This document shows, in pieces, positions 62,407-64,000 of a stretch of DNA of 64,000 nt (positions are counted from its first letter, which is position 1; every line of letters begins with the position of its first letter). The position numbers were made by a program, and so were the translations under genes. Source of the DNA: Selaginella moellendorffii (taxonomy: Eukaryota > Plantae > Lycopodiophyta); contig NW_003314261.1 of the NCBI RefSeq assembly GCF_000143415.4, positions 5,482,360-5,546,359 of the forward strand. Direction: 5' to 3'. The notes under the pieces were generated by a model that was not told where the DNA came from, made no database searches, and saw only the letters and a program-made list of their open reading frames with translations.

Positions 62407-62700
62407 CTATGGCCAATTTAATCGTGGCCTAGGTCGCCAAAGCTGACCCGTAAATCTTAATACCAAGAAGCATAGTATTTTTGTTTTTTTCTTCCTCTCT
62501 TCCCGGAGCACTGGAGCGGGGCTTCGTGGCAGACCATTCTGGAGTGAATTATTGGAGAGATCTGCTCCAAATATTGAGTAAATCTCTGGTAAACCTGTTA
62601 AACGACGTCCAGGAGCTGAACTTTGTAATCGAAACTTTTGAACTTCGGCCCTTGCTAGAAGTTCGCACTGAGGTCCAAGATTAAGTTGAGAAGCTTGAGC
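62407..62700 (-). pseudogene. Possible LRR gene fragment
   Basis: LTGLPEIYSIFGADLSNNSLQNGLP resembles a single plant LRR; no coherent gene surrounds it. Confidence 0.3.
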
Positions 62701-62779
62701 TGCGTGTTCTGCAACCATTAGACTTTTAGGCAAGAAAGAAGATTTTAAAGAAGTTTATTATGAGAGCTCTTGTGAAAAA

Positions 62780-63320
62780 ATATAAGAGCATATATATCAA
62801 GTGGTTAGAAGGGGAAGAATTTTAAATAGTGAAGGATGGCTTTTAGAAATTACATAGTTTTCCAAATTGCGTTAAAGCTATTGATTGCACACACATTTAG
62901 ATTGAGTTTCTAGGAGTGGGTGGATTATAAACAGTGATTCAACATAGAAGTGTAAGTTATTATTGATAATTAAACCTTTTTTCTAGACTTAAGAGCTGGA
63001 TATTGTAAATCTAGAATGATTATAGTCCATAAACAACTTCAAAATACATGTGGGTTTATTTACTACACTAACATTGAAAATACTTGATAACAGGTGGTGA
63101 AGATGATGTTGATATGGGAATTCTCACCTTATTTCCGACAAAGTTTATTAGAGATGACTACAACTATAATATTTTGCACTCCTCTATTAGAATTGTAGTT
63201 GAGTGGGTGTATAGTCAACAAAAAATATAATGAAGATATTTAAATAAGAAGCTTATCCCTTACACACAATTTAATTGCATCACAATTTGTGTTATTATGC
63301 ACAATATGATCATAACTAGT
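62780..63320 (+). mobile_element. PIF/Harbinger DDE transposase relic
   Basis: FPNCVKAIDCTHI* at 62859 (cf. FPNCIGAIDGTHI), NILHSSIRIVVE (cf. FNxxHSxxRxxVE) and CVIMHN (cf. CxLHN), in the correct order. Contains stops. Confidence 0.75.
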
Positions 63321-64000
63321 AGTGACAAGTTTTTAGATGAGTAGTATTTTAGAGACCATGTCAATGTAAGATATGATACTCAATAGCCAAAAGTACTTTT
63401 AAATCTAAATTTAAGAAGAGTCTAATGGATTATATTTAAATTTGCATCAATATAAAAATTTACATTTATCTTTCTATCCACACTAAATTGCTCCTTCAAG
63501 TCCTACAGACTATTGCTCAAACATTCCCATATCCTCTATGACTTGAAACTCAATATGTTAATCATCTTTTGTTGTTTAAACATTGATTGTTTATAAAGAT
63601 CTTTTGCAAGTTTCATTTGTATTTCTTGTTTTTTCTTTTGTTATCCCCTCAATGCCCTTTACTTTTTTAGGACGGTCTCGGAAACAAGACCACTTAGATT
63701 TGCAATTTTACTCTTTAGAACGTGTTGGTTTATATTGTTATAAAGTTCCTTATGCAATTTTTATGCAATACATTCTTCTCTAATTATGTTCTAATAGCTT
63801 AATTGTCCACTTGGAATGTTAAGCTCCTACTTTTGAGTGCCAATGTAAACATTCCTTATGTCCTCTCATTTATCTTGAGTATTTATACTTGTTGACTTTG
63901 TAGCAAGTGCCTTGATAGAAACAAGCTTTCTCAGTGGGGTGACCAAAGATCATAAACTGCATCTTACTGAGATTTACCTCCATGCTTGTGAGAGAAAAAA

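Overview
Eukaryotic plant nuclear DNA, most likely the lycophyte Selaginella. This is an inference from the tiny 43-80 nt introns, very short intergenic gaps, Selaginella-type PLS PPR genes and the expanded EUL lectin set. About 1-26 kb is a gene-free, CG-depleted block of decayed transposons. It holds a complete LTR element (7469-19513, TSD ATTAA) with a second LTR element nested in its 5' LTR, older copies of both families, and three small TG..CA repeats carrying a 5S rRNA internal promoter (Cassandra-like). About 26-58 kb is very gene-dense: a PLS-E PPR gene, a class III HD-Zip gene with an intron-split miR165/166 site, and four EUL lectin genes that bracket a Hikeshi/OPI10 gene and a 57-aa PET117-like ORF missed by the ORF track. 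These are followed by two tandem LRR-RLKs, GPX, plastid LPAT, SPP and GIGANTEA. About 58-64 kb holds an IleRS pseudogene fragment, tRNA-Val(TAC), two PPR pseudogenes, a divergent U1 snRNA with intact USE/TATA followed by a perfect 39-bp hairpin, and a PIF/Harbinger transposase relic. All family calls come from motifs recognised by eye; no searches were run.
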